Assembly (NCBI RefSeq): GCF_036321535.1 | Contig: NC_087472.1 | Location: 94,366,001-94,430,000 of the forward strand | Direction of reading: 5' to 3' | DNA length: 64,000 nucleotides | From: Camelus dromedarius | Lineage: Eukaryota | Part shown: one piece after another, positions 62,496 to 64,000 of the stretch | How positions within the stretch are numbered: position 1 is the stretch's first letter | Layout of the letters: the number at the start of each line of letters is the position of its first letter | Notes under the pieces: generated by a model | Told to the model about the DNA's origin: nothing | The model's input: the letters and a program-made list of their open reading frames with translations, nothing else | Databases searched by the model: none | Program-made: the position numbers and the translations under genes

Positions 62496-64000
62496 CTCTC
62501 TCTCACCACTCCTTTCCAAAATGATACTGGAAGTCATTGCTAACGCAGTAAGGTAAGAAAAGTAAATTAAAGGTATACAGATTGGGAAGGGACTAATAAA
62601 ACTGTCTTTGTTTGCAGATGACATGATCATCTGTATAGAAAATCTGAAAGAATTGACAAAAAAAGGTCCTGGAATCAGTAAGTAGTTACAGCAAGGTTGT
62701 AGGTTGTACGAGGTTAATATACAAAAATCAATAACTTTCATACATACCAGCAGTATACAAATGAAACTTGAAATGAAAAACACCATGCCATTTGCATTAG
62801 CACCCCCCCACCAAAATCTAACAGAATATGTACAAGATGTATATGAGGAAAACTACAAAACCCTTGTGGATAAAAATCAAAGAACGAAATAAATGGAGAG
62901 ATAGTTCATGTTCATGGATAGGAAGACTCAGTGTTGTCAAGATATTAGTTCTCCACAACTCGATCTATAGATTCAGTACAATCCCAATCAAAATCCCAGC
63001 AAATTGTTTTATAAGTATAGGTAAAATGATTCTAATGTTTATCTGGAAAGGTAAAAGACCCAGAATAGGCAAATCAATATTGCAGGAGAAGAACAAACTT
63101 GGAAGACTGGCACCACCCTACTTCATACTTACTATAAAGCTACAATAATCAAGACAGTGTGTTATTGGTGAAAGAATAGACAAATAGATCAATAGAACTG
63201 AATAGAGAGCCCAGAAATAGACCCCCTACAAATATATTCAACTGATCTTTGACAAAGGAGCTAAAGCAATACATTGGAGCAAAGATTGTGCTGAAACAAC
63301 TGGACATTCACATGCAAAAAAATGAATCTAGGCACAGATCATATACTCTTGACAAAAATGAACTCAAAATGGATCATAAACCTAAATGTAAAGTGCAAAA
63401 TGAAAAATTAAAAGATGACACAGGAGAAAAACTGTGACCTTGGGTATGGTGATGACATTTTAGATACAGCACTAAAGACAAAATCTATGAAAGAAATAAT
63501 TGATAAGCTGGACTTAATTAAAATAAAAACTTATACCCTGAGAAAGATAAGGTCAAGAGAATGAGAAGACAATCCACCAACGGGGGAAAATATTTACAAA
63601 AGATCCATATGATAAAGGACTATTATCCCGAATATACAAAGAAATCTTAAAACTCAACAGAAAAAGAAATGAATAAAATATGGGTCAAAGGCCTTTACAG
63701 ACTCCTCACAAAAGAAGATAAATAGCTGACAGATAAACATGTGAAATAATGCTCCACATTATGTGTCATCAGGGAAATGCAAATTAAAACAGTAATGAGA
63801 GACCACTACACACCAATTAGAATGGCCAAAATCCAGAACACTGACAAGAAGCGCTGGTTAGTATGCTGGTGAGGATGTGGTGCCACCAGAGCTCTCATAC
63901 ATCACTGTAGAGAACGCAAAATGATACAGTCACTTTGGAAGACAGTTTGGCAATTTCTTAAAAAGTCTAAGCATACTCTTATCACACAATCCAGCAATTG
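62496..64000 (+). mobile_element. L1MC-like ORF2 (RT to C-terminus), running off the window
   Basis: ctgtctttgtttgcagatgacatgatc (LFADDMI); ORF 62828..63148 reads WRDSSCSWIGRLSVVK..IPIKIP; frameshifted. Confidence 0.92.

Noticed and set aside
62480..62510. L1 twin-priming inversion at the junction of opposite-strand L1s
   Set aside because: The + strand piece covers the same ORF2 3' region as the minus-strand piece, which fits two independent insertions better.
1..64000. Supplied ORFs as host protein-coding genes
   Set aside because: All are short (134 aa or less), many have non-ATG starts, and most lie inside TEs or simple repeats. The only recognisable peptides are decayed L1 ORF2, ERVL gag and Gypsy pol.

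Overview
AT-rich, CpG-depleted eutherian genomic DNA that looks intergenic or intronic and is made mostly of transposable-element remains. Six tRNA-Ala-derived SINEs of the Vic-1 type and an apparent Tigger1 deletion derivative suggest a camelid or related artiodactyl (inference). No host protein-coding gene can be supported: the supplied ORFs are chance ORFs or decayed TE coding sequence. The main content is L1 fragments of many ages (several with clear TSDs), L2, MIR, MaLR/ERVL/ERV1 LTRs, hAT and Tigger DNA transposons, and a U1 snRNA retropseudogene. The most notable items are a Ty3/Gypsy pol fossil with recognisable RNase H and integrase motifs (~11.2-12.75 kb), L1 copies whose 5' terminus is fused directly to the 3' end, a two-LTR MaLR provirus remnant, an ERVL LTR-PBS-gag remnant, and nested insertions that can be ordered in time. 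I found no evidence for a new functional biological system. Family and subfamily names come from my recall of consensus sequences, not from a database search, and boundaries without TSDs are approximate.
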